The notes under the pieces are model-generated. The model worked only from the letters and a program-made list of their open reading frames with translations. It did no database searches and had not been told where the DNA came from. Both the position numbers and the translations under genes were made by a program. DNA of 61,475 nucleotides, counting the filler. It is 7 parts of 7 records of this genome, joined end to end, with 100 filler letters (N's around TTAATTAATTAA, not from the genome) between each part and the next. Parts side by side here need not be neighbours in the genome. Positions count along the whole stretch, not along the records: positions 41,535 to 53,232 come from SRR31147125_47383; 6 more parts are not named here. One strand, written 5' to 3'. Shown piece by piece: positions 42,612 through 53,332 of this stretch (positions are counted from its first letter, which is position 1; the number at the start of each line of letters is the position of its first letter).

Positions 42612-42925
42612 GGGTTCTCTTTCTTTTTATCCACATATTTTTTCCAGGGGTTATTAGAGACGGCCCCTGGATATTTTCCTGCCATTTTTAAAGAATCTAA
42701 TTTGTTTATTCTATCAGCGTTATTGTTTGTATTATTGCTAATTATTGTTATTTTTACAATTAAGATAATTGACAACGGGCTATGATTTATATATTATTCA
42801 TATGAGGGATCAGTTGCTTCAATCGTCTTAGTTGGGCAATCAAACGTAAAATATTATCAAGGATTTCACTATGCGAAAAGAATATATCGCATTGGGACAT
42901 CTCACATAAATCACTGAGCAAGGGA

Positions 42926-45149
42926 ATGGAGGTTGCGGCTATGATATTTAAACCACAAAACCTGTTGTTGGCGTTGGCTTTTCTGATTTGTAGCTATGAG
43001 GCTTTTAGTGAGGATTTATCAAAAAGTGTAAATCAGGTTGAAACTTACAGAGTTCCCTGGTGGGGAACGGAAGGCTCTGAAAGAACCCGACCTGACTTTG
43101 AGATTATTCACATCGACAATGGGGCTCTGGAGGTTCGCTATGTCAATGTAGCCGGAAGAAAGCTCGGTGAAATGACCATGCCTTACTGGCATATAAGTAG
43201 TTTCCTCTCCATTTTAAACAAACCCGCTGAATTGGCCCATCAAGGTTTCGCTACTTTTACCATAAATGGCGAGCATGTCGAAATTCCCTTTATTCCACAG
43301 TCAGGCGCGGCATTCGCTTCGATGGGCAATACCGACGTTATCAAACTTGGAAATCGTATAGCGGATAAAGTAGGACGTGACAAAAACATAATTAATCCTT
43401 TGCTTATGGAACTATACCTGATCGTTTCCAAAGAAAGCAAAAATATCCAGGTCCTGGCACGCTTTACCAATACAGGTGACAAGACACTTTATGACGTCTC
43501 CCCTACTGTCATATATGAACAACAATTCAATTGGAGTGATTTTGGAAGTGCTGATGCCAGCCCATACCAGCAAATTTACGCCCCAAAAGAGAATAGTACC
43601 CGGGCATTCTATGCATTTTCTTCCGGTATGAAGCGTGGTTATGAAATTGTTGCCGAAACCAATTGTTCGATCTTTTATGAATTATCTAAAGAAATGAATT
43701 TATGGCGTGCAAAAGTGAAATGCGATGCCTTCGATCTTGAACCAAATAAATCCAATGAGTTTAATTATGTGATTAGCAGCCTGGATGAGATGCCGGAAAA
43801 ACCTGATCACATGAAAACAACACCCTCAACAAAGTTGAAACGCCTGACCTATTATGATGTCAAGTCCACGGAGCATAGATCCGCTCCTGTCAAGACCAAT
43901 GGACGCGTTATGCTACCGCAGGTTTTGGCCAACATTGAAAAACAAAAGATCCGTGGATTGAACCTGCGGGGGAGTTTTCCTCAAACGCTTCAGGATCTGG
44001 ATACACTTAAAGACTGGGGAGGGAACCTGATCATTTTAGACCTCGGAGATCCGGAAGAAGTAAAACAAACAATCGAAAAGGGACACGAACTTGGTATGGA
44101 GATGTTGCTAGCCGGTCAGGGCGGATATAAACAAGGCTCTCCAAGTTTTGAAACATTTTACTCCCAACCAGTTCCAAAGACACAACAACCTGATTCTCAC
44201 GGTCAGGATGAGGATCATTACTACTGGCACTCAATCAGGCCAATTCGGGATTTCGAGGCTGATTTCGGTAAGCCAATCGCACAGGCTACCCAGGAAGAAA
44301 AGGTTATTTACTGGGGGCGATGCTTTCACGATAAATGGCAGAATGTAGCAAAAGATGTTAAACCACATGCGCCTGATAGCGGTATTTGGTTCTACATGCC
44401 TACTCCTGGCATAGCCAATGTAGATCCATTGGATTATTATGACATTTTCCTGAAAGAGATAAGCAAATTAGGGGATCAGCTTACCGTCTTCCCGTTCTAT
44501 TACGGGATTAAATACAATCAGGCGGAGTATATGGTCCGGAGCTGGAAGGATGCTGGCGTGCATCGGGCTGTTTTTCTGCCCATGTCCACTTTTTATGTCA
44601 AACCCAGTCAATTTATTAGAAACATTACAGCAGCCCGTCGTGGCCAGGCAGATGGAGCGTGCGGATTCTATTTTTTTCGTGGGACAAGCGAAACCCGGAA
44701 CAGAATGGGAGTGGAAATCCGTTATGCTGGCCTCCTGGGCGAATTTTCCCACACCTGATCTGGATGCTTTCTGCTTTATTGAGGAGCCGGCAGAATTGGT
44801 GGAAGCCTTGGCTGTGTCAGATGTGATCATGACTATTAACAGCAATACCGGGGAAGAGTTTGCCCGTCGTTTGGATGATTCTATCCCTGGACAAGTGCGG
44901 TCCGGAGCAGCAACAGGCGATAAAAATGAAAACGCTACGCTTTTAATAGAGACAATAAAACCAACCGATTTGCAAAACGAAGAATGGATAAAGCTATTGC
45001 CCGTTTCCTGCCGCAAACCTGGAAAGGGATTTCTACAGATGACCAATACACACATTCGTTTGTCAGGAGTGGATGAGCAAGGAATAGCCAATGCGCAAAA
45101 GCTTTTACTGCGATTCGCTGAACTGGCCAAAACCGAGCGAGGAAAATAG
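42926..45149 (+). CDS. Large secreted hypothetical protein (possible glycoside hydrolase), frameshifted in a T-run near 44675
   Basis: Signal peptide. ORFs 42926-44758 and 44550-45149 join at GACGFYF/FVGQAKP. First gene of a co-oriented glycan-enzyme cluster. Confidence 0.65.
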
Positions 45150-45211
45150 AAATTTTCAAAAATCAAAAGTTTAATGAAAATAAAAAGCCATCGAGCCGGA
45201 AAGGTGAATCA

Positions 45212-46207
45212 ATGAACAGACGACAGTTTTTAAAAACAATGGGTAAAACAGGTGCACTTGGGCTGATCAGTACTGTGATCGGGTGTTCCCAAAAACAACA
45301 AATTGAAACGGTGCATTCGTTTTCAGATTACGAAGCAACAGTGGCCATAAAAGGTCTTAAAAAAACAACTACGGTCCTGCATATCGCTGATTCTCATATA
45401 AGCGTTATTGATGCGAGCGAAAAAGAGTATCACTCGTATAGCGCCCGGATGGACAAAGCTTACAATCCTGTGCCACATTATAAAACAGGAAAAGAGACAA
45501 CACCCATCGACTCTTTTTTAGAGTTAATGGACCTGGCACAGAAGCAGAATGTGGATATGATGGTTTTGACCGGTGATATTGTTAATAATCCTTCAAAATC
45601 CAGTGTCCGATTTGTTTCCGGGGCTGTGCAAAAAACCGGTACTCCAAGCATTTACGTTGCTGGTAATCATGACTGGCATTATGAAGGCATGGAAGGTTCC
45701 AGGGACGAGCTGCGACAAACATGGATACAAAACAGCCTGTTGCCGTTATATGACGGGAAAAATCCGCTCTATTCATCAACTATTATTAACGGGATAAATT
45801 TTGTCACTATAGACAATTCCACATACCAGGTAAATGAAGAACAACTGAGATTTTTTAAGGAACAAAGCCAACGTGCCATTCCTGTTGTGCTTCTCATGCA
45901 CATTCCGCTATATTTACCTAAAGATGCCGAAAGGGATCACGTGGGCACATTCGGTGATCCGCGTTGGGGCTGGGATATAGATCATAGTTACGAGCTTGAA
46001 CGTCGGGAACGTTGGTCCAAAAGTGGCAATTCACCCTCTACCATCCAGTTTCTGGATGTGGTTAAAAAGAGCACAAATTTAGCGGCTGTGCTCGTTGGGC
46101 ATACGCATAGAGCAAAAGCAGATAAAATTTCTGAAACTGCCGTCCAGTACGTTACAAGGAAATCTGCAGACGGAGGACATCGACTTTTCACTTTCAAGGC
46201 GTTATAG
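45212..46207 (+). CDS. Tat-exported metallophosphoesterase lipoprotein
   Basis: MNRRQFLK Tat motif, VIGC lipobox, and ADSH, LTGD, AGNHD, LMHIP, VGHTH motifs. Confidence 0.88.
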   Translation: MNRRQFLKTMGKTGALGLISTVIGCSQKQQIETVHSFSDYEATVAIKGLKKTTTVLHIADSHISVIDASEKEYHSYSARMDKAYNPVPHYKTGKETTPIDSFLELMDLAQKQNVDMMVLTGDIVNNPSKSSVRFVSGAVQKTGTPSIYVAGNHDWHYEGMEGSRDELRQTWIQNSLLPLYDGKNPLYSSTIINGINFVTIDNSTYQVNEEQLRFFKEQSQRAIPVVLLMHIPLYLPKDAERDHVGTFGDPRWGWDIDHSYELERRERWSKSGNSPSTIQFLDVVKKSTNLAAVLVGHTHRAKADKISETAVQYVTRKSADGGHRLFTFKAL

Positions 46208-46209
46208 CA

Positions 46210-47391
46210 ATGGAATTCATTAAACAAAAATTACTTTATTTTCTCATATTAACCTTTCTGTCATTAAACGGAACGATGTGTTCACAGACCGGGCCAGCGC
46301 CCTTTCAGCTAAAACCGGATTTATTTGATTTTTCTTTACCCAACACCCTGGGGCTGTCAATCGCACCAGGTACTGAAACGATCACCATCTTTCGCCCTGA
46401 TGAGAATACCGATAAATTCAGTAATGGTGTCGTATTAATGCCTTTTAAGGGTTATCTCTATGCCCAATGGCAAAGTTCCTTCAGGGATGAAGATGCTGAG
46501 GATACCTGGGTCGCCTACTGTCGCAGTAAGGATGGCAAGAACTGGAGTAAGCCAATTGTACTCGCTCCAAAATGGCAAGGTGGTATCTATACCAGCGGTG
46601 GCTGGTGGATAGATGGGGAGATTTTGGTAACTTTTATAAATGTCTGGCCGAATCAACCTGACAAGCCCCGGGGCGGCTATGTGGAATATAAAACTAGTAC
46701 GGACGGTATAAACTGGTCGGATGCAAAACCTCTCCTCAACAACAAAGGAAAACCAGTCAATGGCATTTTTGAACAGGATCCCCATGCTCTGCCGGATGGC
46801 AGGATTATTTGTGCTGTTCATGAGCAGCCCGGACTTGTGGTTTCACCGTATTTTACCGATGATCCAACAGGACTAACCGGCTGGACAAAAGGCCGTATGC
46901 AAAACCTGCCATTCACTGGTACGGTCAGCCGGGAGTTGGAACCCAGCTGGTTTTATCGTGCTGACGGAGCCGCCGTGATGGTTTTTCGTGATATGGATGG
47001 TTCCTTTCGAAAACTGGCTTCAATGAGCACGGATAGAGGTGAAACCTGGTCGACGCCGGTTTTGACAGATATGCCGGATTCCCGGTCCAAACAAAGTGCC
47101 GGTAATTTAACGGATGGTACGGCTTTCCAGGTAAATAATCCCAGTGGCACCAAGAGTCGTATTCCGCTTGTTATAACATTAAGTAAAGACGGGCAACTAT
47201 TTGACAAGGCCTACCTGCTTCGCAGCGGTGGAACAGATTTACAGCCTCTCAGTTATAAAGGCCGTTATAAAAACACGGGTTTCAGCTATCCGAAAAGTGT
47301 TATCTGGAACAATTATCTGTATGTATCCTATGCTACCAATAAAGAGGATGTTGAACTCACCAGAGTGCCTTTGGAAAGCCTTTCCTATTAG
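46210..47391 (+). CDS. BNR/Asp-box beta-propeller protein (sialidase-like)
   Basis: Asp boxes SKDGKNW, STDGINW, STDRGETW, SKDGQLF, and a C-terminal FSYP motif. Confidence 0.85.
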   Translation: MEFIKQKLLYFLILTFLSLNGTMCSQTGPAPFQLKPDLFDFSLPNTLGLSIAPGTETITIFRPDENTDKFSNGVVLMPFKGYLYAQWQSSFRDEDAEDTWVAYCRSKDGKNWSKPIVLAPKWQGGIYTSGGWWIDGEILVTFINVWPNQPDKPRGGYVEYKTSTDGINWSDAKPLLNNKGKPVNGIFEQDPHALPDGRIICAVHEQPGLVVSPYFTDDPTGLTGWTKGRMQNLPFTGTVSRELEPSWFYRADGAAVMVFRDMDGSFRKLASMSTDRGETWSTPVLTDMPDSRSKQSAGNLTDGTAFQVNNPSGTKSRIPLVITLSKDGQLFDKAYLLRSGGTDLQPLSYKGRYKNTGFSYPKSVIWNNYLYVSYATNKEDVELTRVPLESLSY

Positions 47392-47615
47392 GCTTAATAT
47401 GGAATAATCATATCTTGTATAAACAAAGGCCCGGCTGATCAGTTTTAGAGCTTTATTATTTGTCTGACTTTTCAAAGTTACCCATTTTAATGGAAGAAGA
47501 GCAAACCAGGTAATAAATGTGTGGCTTGAACTCGCACATTCCGTCTTTTGCTTTATTTTGGGAATCCAAAAGCGGGCAGAGTCTTTAATCTGAAACTATT
47601 TCCTTATTCAAACAC

Positions 47616-50600
47616 GTGAAAGGAATTTCAATGATTCGGATGCTAAAACCAAAATTTGTTTTTCCAGCTCTGTTTTTATTTTTATTAACCGCCGGACTAG
47701 TAGCACAGCAGCGGGATGGAAAGTTGTTGCGCAGTGAATTGTGGCAGCCTTTTGATGTGCAACAGGTACAGGGAGATTTTTACGTTTCACCCACAGGCAA
47801 TGATAGCTGGTCTGGTACCCTGCCTGAGCCCAATGTCACCGGTTCTGATGGACCTTTTGCCACGATTGAGCGCGCTAAAAGCGCAGTGCGTGAACTCAAA
47901 GCCAGGGTGTATAAACCGAAAGGAAAACCGATTGATGCTCTCTATATCGGAACATCCTACCCATATGGAAAAGGTAAGGACATCGTTGTGTTTATCCGCG
48001 AGGGATTTTATAGTCTTGAAGAACCTCTGGTTTTCACTCCTGAGGATGGTGGTGAACGTGTTGAAACAAACCTGCCATCAGGCGCGTTTGAGTGGCACCA
48101 TTTACGAGACAACTATGTAACGTATTCTGCTTATCCGGGCGAAAAACCGGTTATTTCGGGTGCTGTTTCGGTGACTGATTGGAAAAAAACAGGTGATACA
48201 TGGGTGGCCCCATTCAATCACGGGGATGTATCCTTTCTGATAGCGGATGGCAAAAAGCAAACCCTGGCACGAACTCCCAATAAGGGTTATTTCACACTCT
48301 TAAATACACCTGCATCGACTTCCGAAATGCCTTTCAAACCGGGAGATATTAAAAAATGGAAAAATATGCAGGATAATCGCATAGCCATTCTTCTCCGCTG
48401 GCGAACAGCCTATAACTCTATTGCCAGGATAGATGAGAAAAAACAAATTGCTTACCTTAAAACACCTGAAGATGGCCCAAATGGCTTTAACGGTCTACTG
48501 GTCGTGCCGCCCCGTTATTATATTGAAAATGTGGAAGAATTATTAGATGCACCGGGCGAGTGGTTTTTTGATAAAAATAAAAAGGAGATCAACTACATCC
48601 CCATGGATGGTATTTCTGATCCCAATAAAATAAATATATCCGTACCACAAATAACAAATTTAATCCGGATAAAGGGAAATGAGGAAAAACCGGTTCGAAA
48701 TTTAAGGTTTTATGGATTAACAATTGAAGGAGCAAAAGAAAACTTTAGAGACTTTCCCCACTATTATGATCCCACACCGGGCTGCATTGCCGTAACATAC
48801 GAATACGCACATGATTGTGAATTTGCCAACTCTGAGTTGCGCGCGTGCGGAGGCGTTGGTATGAACATCGGTTTGGGATGCTTTCAGACGCGTATTTTCG
48901 GAAACAGGTTTGACGGATTAGAGCAGGGAGCGATAGGTGTCAGCGGTACCCGTGACATGGTCAATGGAAAGCTTGTACAGATAACCAGAGAAACGGACAT
49001 CTCTCATAATATATTTTCAGAATGTGGACTTGGGGGAGGTATAACCCTGGTTGTTAGCAATACACTTCACACCACCATTTCCCGCAATTACTTTACAAAA
49101 TCAGGAAGACCTTATACCGTTAACTGCGGTGGAGGTGGTCTGGAAGGAAATATAAACGGAGATCTTGTCATAGAGTACAATCATTTTAATGATGTTCAAC
49201 ATGATGCCGATGATGCCGGAGTTATCGTGGTTAATGGAATGACATTTAACTCGATTGTCAGGAACAATCTTATTCATCGGGTGCATCGAGGATTTTTCAG
49301 TGACAATGTCGCTTTCTGGTTTGATAATATGTCCAGCAACTGGACAGTAAAGAACAACATTTACTATGACCTTGAGCAGGCAGCAATGAAGACCTGTGGT
49401 ACATATTTGATAAATAATAATTACGCTGATAATTTTCACATTGAACTGCCCCAAAATGCTCCCGAGCAATTTATAGAGGGTCATCCTGAATTTACCTGCT
49501 CAAATTTACGCATTATGTTTGAAGAGAAACCAGTCAAAGAAAAGCTGGTGGCAGGATCCGTGGTCAAAATAATGGCAGATGTCTATAATGCCGGTAGTTC
49601 GGGTGTCGCACCGATTGCACTGTATATCAATAGAAAAATAGCAGAAAGACAGCCTTTCCCGGTCATCAGAAACAACACGCGCACAATTGAATTTCATGTG
49701 CGGCTAAGCGATGCGGGTAACCAGGAAATTTCTATTGGCGAAACAAAACCGCAGACCATTTCTGTACAGGGAGAAAAACCAACAATTGTATATGAGAAAA
49801 TTCATGTGTCAGAAGAAAGGCTGCTCTCAGGTCAACGTGTTCGTGTATCAGCCCTGGCAACAAACATGCAATCCGGAACGATTCAATCCACTGCCACATT
49901 GTATGCCAATGGCAAGGAAGAAAAAAGTCAGCCCATAAAGTTGAAAAGTAAAGAATCAAAAGAAATATCCTTTGATATAATGCCAACAGTTGGAAATTAC
50001 CTGATAGGAATAGGAAATAGCGATGTGGTGTCCCTGGTGGTGCTCAAATCTAAAGAGTTAAATATTAAGGTGCAAAAACTGAGCACATATATTTCACCAA
50101 AATCTAAACCTGCAGATGTGGCAGTCGCTCAGGATCAGAATCGATATACGATAAAAGCAAGCGGTTGGGATTTTTACCATGCTGAGGATGCATACGCTAC
50201 TGTTTATCTAAAACAACTTGAGGGTGATTTTGTGTCAACAGCCAAGATCGTGTCATTCACACACCGCACAAACCAATGGTTCAGAGCAGGACTTTTTGTT
50301 CGTAACGATATCAGTGAGAGTTTCGATGTTGACAGGGGTAGTCAGGGTTCTGTACTCATGTTCAGCACCCCGGGTCGGGCAGGCATCAATTATGATGAAT
50401 TTGGAGATGGCTGTATGCACAAAGCAAACAGCGAAAACCTTCCGGAAGATACACCTACCCCGATCTGGGTCCGTCTGGAGCGCCATGGTAATCGTTTTAC
50501 GGGTTATGTAAGTTTAGACGGGAAAAACTGGAAAATAAAACGACAAACCAGTGACATACCAGGTATTCAAAACGCCATCAACCTGGGTCTTGCTGCGGGT

Positions 50601-50666
50601 TCCTCCGATAACGTACAATATACTGTTCAGTTTGCGGAATGGAAGGTTATGGTGGAGGATAAATAG
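47616..50666 (+). CDS. Secreted right-handed beta-helix protein (GH141-like) with Ig-like repeats and a C-terminal beta-sandwich
   Basis: FYVSPTGNDSWSG..DGPFATIERA, YPGEKPVISG, YYIENVEELLDAPGEW, repeated NN motifs and WVRLERHGNRFTGYVSLDG. The true start may be a few codons downstream. Confidence 0.8.
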   Translation: MKGISMIRMLKPKFVFPALFLFLLTAGLVAQQRDGKLLRSELWQPFDVQQVQGDFYVSPTGNDSWSGTLPEPNVTGSDGPFATIERAKSAVRELKARVYKPKGKPIDALYIGTSYPYGKGKDIVVFIREGFYSLEEPLVFTPEDGGERVETNLPSGAFEWHHLRDNYVTYSAYPGEKPVISGAVSVTDWKKTGDTWVAPFNHGDVSFLIADGKKQTLARTPNKGYFTLLNTPASTSEMPFKPGDIKKWKNMQDNRIAILLRWRTAYNSIARIDEKKQIAYLKTPEDGPNGFNGLLVVPPRYYIENVEELLDAPGEWFFDKNKKEINYIPMDGISDPNKINISVPQITNLIRIKGNEEKPVRNLRFYGLTIEGAKENFRDFPHYYDPTPGCIAVTYEYAHDCEFANSELRACGGVGMNIGLGCFQTRIFGNRFDGLEQGAIGVSGTRDMVNGKLVQITRETDISHNIFSECGLGGGITLVVSNTLHTTISRNYFTKSGRPYTVNCGGGGLEGNINGDLVIEYNHFNDVQHDADDAGVIVVNGMTFNSIVRNNLIHRVHRGFFSDNVAFWFDNMSSNWTVKNNIYYDLEQAAMKTCGTYLINNNYADNFHIELPQNAPEQFIEGHPEFTCSNLRIMFEEKPVKEKLVAGSVVKIMADVYNAGSSGVAPIALYINRKIAERQPFPVIRNNTRTIEFHVRLSDAGNQEISIGETKPQTISVQGEKPTIVYEKIHVSEERLLSGQRVRVSALATNMQSGTIQSTATLYANGKEEKSQPIKLKSKESKEISFDIMPTVGNYLIGIGNSDVVSLVVLKSKELNIKVQKLSTYISPKSKPADVAVAQDQNRYTIKASGWDFYHAEDAYATVYLKQLEGDFVSTAKIVSFTHRTNQWFRAGLFVRNDISESFDVDRGSQGSVLMFSTPGRAGINYDEFGDGCMHKANSENLPEDTPTPIWVRLERHGNRFTGYVSLDGKNWKIKRQTSDIPGIQNAINLGLAAGSSDNVQYTVQFAEWKVMVEDK

Positions 50667-50830
50667 GTATAGTAAAGATGATTTTGACAGAGCTGACCTT
50701 GGTTTTTTGTTATTTCTAAAGATTGAACTGTTTTTTTAATTATTTACCAGTTCGACAATCTTAATGGAAATAGTAAACATAAAGTGACGTCTGTCAAGTA
50801 ACATATTATGTATTTATTGAAAAAAATATT

Positions 50831-51349
50831 ATGATACAAATTAGATGTACAAAAAAAGTATTGGATCTGTTAGATATCAAGAAAAACGATTTGTCTGAAT
50901 ACCAGGAAACCGATGCCGTTCTGGGTAGCTGGTACGCAAATATCTTTATTCTTGAAAGAAGAAAAACACTCATCTTTATGAATGAGAACACGTATCTTTC
51001 TTTTATATTAACAGGAGTCAGAAAAGAACATATTAAAAAATTTCCTGAAATTTTCTACAGGGGATTAGAACAGGTATTAACATACGAAAATATTGATACC
51101 AGGAAAATAAACCGGGTTTTAGATGATTGTTTGTCCATAGAATTAACCAAGACATATAGTCGTAGCGTGCTTGGTAATTTAAAGGGTCTGGTTGATTTGT
51201 ATACACATTTTATATATTCATCTGGTGGCCTGAAATCCTGCGACGTGACAAAAGTAATGCAGCAAATTAATAGAACTCCACAAAGAAATTTGAACTGGAG
51301 CAAATCCATTAGCAGAACATGGGAAATACTGGATAAAATATCTGTATAA
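50831..51349 (+). CDS. DUF6933-like hypothetical protein
   Basis: MIQIRCTKKVLD..LGSWYAN..KTYSRSVLG..INRTP pattern. Family label from recall. Confidence 0.65.
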   Translation: MIQIRCTKKVLDLLDIKKNDLSEYQETDAVLGSWYANIFILERRKTLIFMNENTYLSFILTGVRKEHIKKFPEIFYRGLEQVLTYENIDTRKINRVLDDCLSIELTKTYSRSVLGNLKGLVDLYTHFIYSSGGLKSCDVTKVMQQINRTPQRNLNWSKSISRTWEILDKISV

Positions 51350-51468
51350 ACTAAGGTGCATAAAAAATTCTTGATATTACCCGTTCTGAAATTTTGAAAC
51401 GTGCGAAATAAGATAAAAACCAAATAAATCGTTCAACAAATCCTTACTATTAAGGAAAATAATCTGTT

Positions 51469-52356
51469 ATGACAACAAAAGATATCCTGGAAAAACTGAA
51501 ATATAATAATGGCGTTTTCCCTCGAGATGTTTTAGCTGAAGCCATAGAGAATCGTGAAGCAATAACGCCCGAATTACTGGAAATAATTGAATTTGCAATA
51601 GAGAATATTGAATCACTGAATGAGAAAGAAGACTATTTTGCTCACATTTATGCCATGTATTTACTGGCTCAATTCAGGGAAAAGCGAGCCTATAAATTAT
51701 TAATCAACTTTTTCTCTATTCCCGGTAGGATAACCCTGGATTTTACCGGAGATGTTGTCACTCAGGATCTTGGCAGAATATTAGCCTCTGTTTATGACGG
51801 GGATGTCAGCCTGCTGAAAAAATTGATAGAAAATGAGAAAGCCAATGAATATGTGCGAACAGCGGCCATCGAAACGCTTACCAGTCTTGTCGTTACCGGA
51901 GAAAAGACTCGTGAAGAAATAATAAAATATTTTAAAGAATTGTTTAACGGAAAACTGGAAAATAAATTTTCAAATGTCTGGAATGCTCTTGTCTCTGAAA
52001 GCACAGATCTGTATCCTGAAGAGGTCTTTGAGGATATAAAAAGAGCGTTTGAGGATGATCTGGTAGAACCGTTTTATACAAGTTTTAAAAACGTGGAAGA
52101 TACCCTAAAGAGAGGTAAGGAAAAGTGCCTCAATGAATTGAAAAATAATGATAGATATAGCTTGATTGAAAATACGATCCGTGAAATGGAATACTGGGCC
52201 TGTTTTGAACAATCACCACCTAAAAGGAAAAACAAAAATTCACTCAATTTCCCAATTATTACCCCTGTCAGAAACACCGAAAAAATAGGGAGAAATGATC
52301 CGTGTCCCTGCGGCAGTGGGAAGAAATATAAGAAATGTTGTATGGGGAAGATGTAG
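51469..52356 (+). CDS. DUF1186 domain protein with a C-terminal SEC-C motif
   Basis: [14 protein letters not shown] and C-terminal [20 protein letters not shown]. Confidence 0.88.
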   Translation: MTTKDILEKLKYNNGVFPRDVLAEAIENREAITPELLEIIEFAIENIESLNEKEDYFAHIYAMYLLAQFREKRAYKLLINFFSIPGRITLDFTGDVVTQDLGRILASVYDGDVSLLKKLIENEKANEYVRTAAIETLTSLVVTGEKTREEIIKYFKELFNGKLENKFSNVWNALVSESTDLYPEEVFEDIKRAFEDDLVEPFYTSFKNVEDTLKRGKEKCLNELKNNDRYSLIENTIREMEYWACFEQSPPKRKNKNSLNFPIITPVRNTEKIGRNDPCPCGSGKKYKKCCMGKM

Positions 52357-52453
52357 ATGGTAATTTATCCTTTGCCGGTAATGATTTTTGACAAAGATAG
52401 GTGCCCATTAACTTATTTTAATAATAAAGATTTGGGATAGTATAAAATAAAAG

Positions 52454-52509
52454 AGTTAACTCGGCGTTGCACACAGACACACAGGATTCCGGTGAGTTTG
52501 GCATTATGA
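52454..52509 (+). mobile_element. Degenerate integron attC-like site
   Basis: TAAC..GTTGCAC..GTGAGT..GC-ATTATG follows the R''-L''-L'-R' layout with an extrahelical G. The GTT core is changed to ATT. Confidence 0.6.
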
Positions 52510-52524
52510 GGTAATAAGATAACT

Positions 52525-52977
52525 ATGATTCGTGATTTTCAACAGTCAGATATTAATCAGGTCTTGAGCATTTGGCTCGATGCTTCAATAAGGGCCCATG
52601 ATTTTATTGAAAAAGAGTTCTGGGAATCTAAAGTCACTGACATGCGTGACATTTATCTACCAGCATCAGAAACCTATGTATATGATGAAGAGGGCATAAT
52701 TAAAGGGTTTGTATCTCTATACGGTGACACATTAGCAGCCATCTTTGTTGCTCCGGGTTTCCAGGGTAGAGGTGTTGGGAAGCAACTTGTGGATAAATCC
52801 AAAAAAGTTCGTGATAAATTGAATCTTACAGTTTACAAAGAAAACAAAAAGAGCATAGAGTTTTACAAAAAATGCGGATTTAAAATTGAGAGAGTGCAAG
52901 TTGATGAACACACCGGACATCCTGAATTGCTAATGGTATACCATCCATACAATACTCATACTGAAAATGATATTTAA
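52525..52977 (+). CDS. GNAT N-acetyltransferase (YiaC-like)
   Basis: AHDFIEKEFW, IFVAPGFQGRGVGKQL and NKKSIEFYKKCGF. Confidence 0.92.
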   Translation: MIRDFQQSDINQVLSIWLDASIRAHDFIEKEFWESKVTDMRDIYLPASETYVYDEEGIIKGFVSLYGDTLAAIFVAPGFQGRGVGKQLVDKSKKVRDKLNLTVYKENKKSIEFYKKCGFKIERVQVDEHTGHPELLMVYHPYNTHTENDI

Positions 52978-53232
52978 CTTTAGTTGTCGTGGATCTACCC
53001 AATTATGTTGGTCAAATGAAAGCCCGATTTTTTTCAAATATGCAATAACCGTCTGTGAATCTTTGGACTCGTTATTTCAATTTACGCCCCTTTTTCCTAT
53101 TGAATTTTCCCCCAGAACCCTTACTATATAACCACTCACACCCCGGTCATGCTTTTCTCTATGGATTTAAAAATAATATATTCAGGTCTTCATTTCTTTA
53201 CGATAAAAGGAGAAAAGAAATGCTGAAAAAGT

Positions 53233-53332
53233 NNNNNNNNNNNNNNNNNNNNNNNNNNNNNNNNNNNNNNNNNNNNTTAATTAATTAANNNNNNNNNNNN
53301 NNNNNNNNNNNNNNNNNNNNNNNNNNNNNNNN
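53233..53332. other. Artificial contig spacer
   Basis: N44-TTAATTAATTAA-N44. Confidence 0.98.

Noticed and set aside
51350-51468. attC site between the DUF6933-like and DUF1186 genes
   Set aside because: No AAC...GTT inverted structure with L boxes could be identified.
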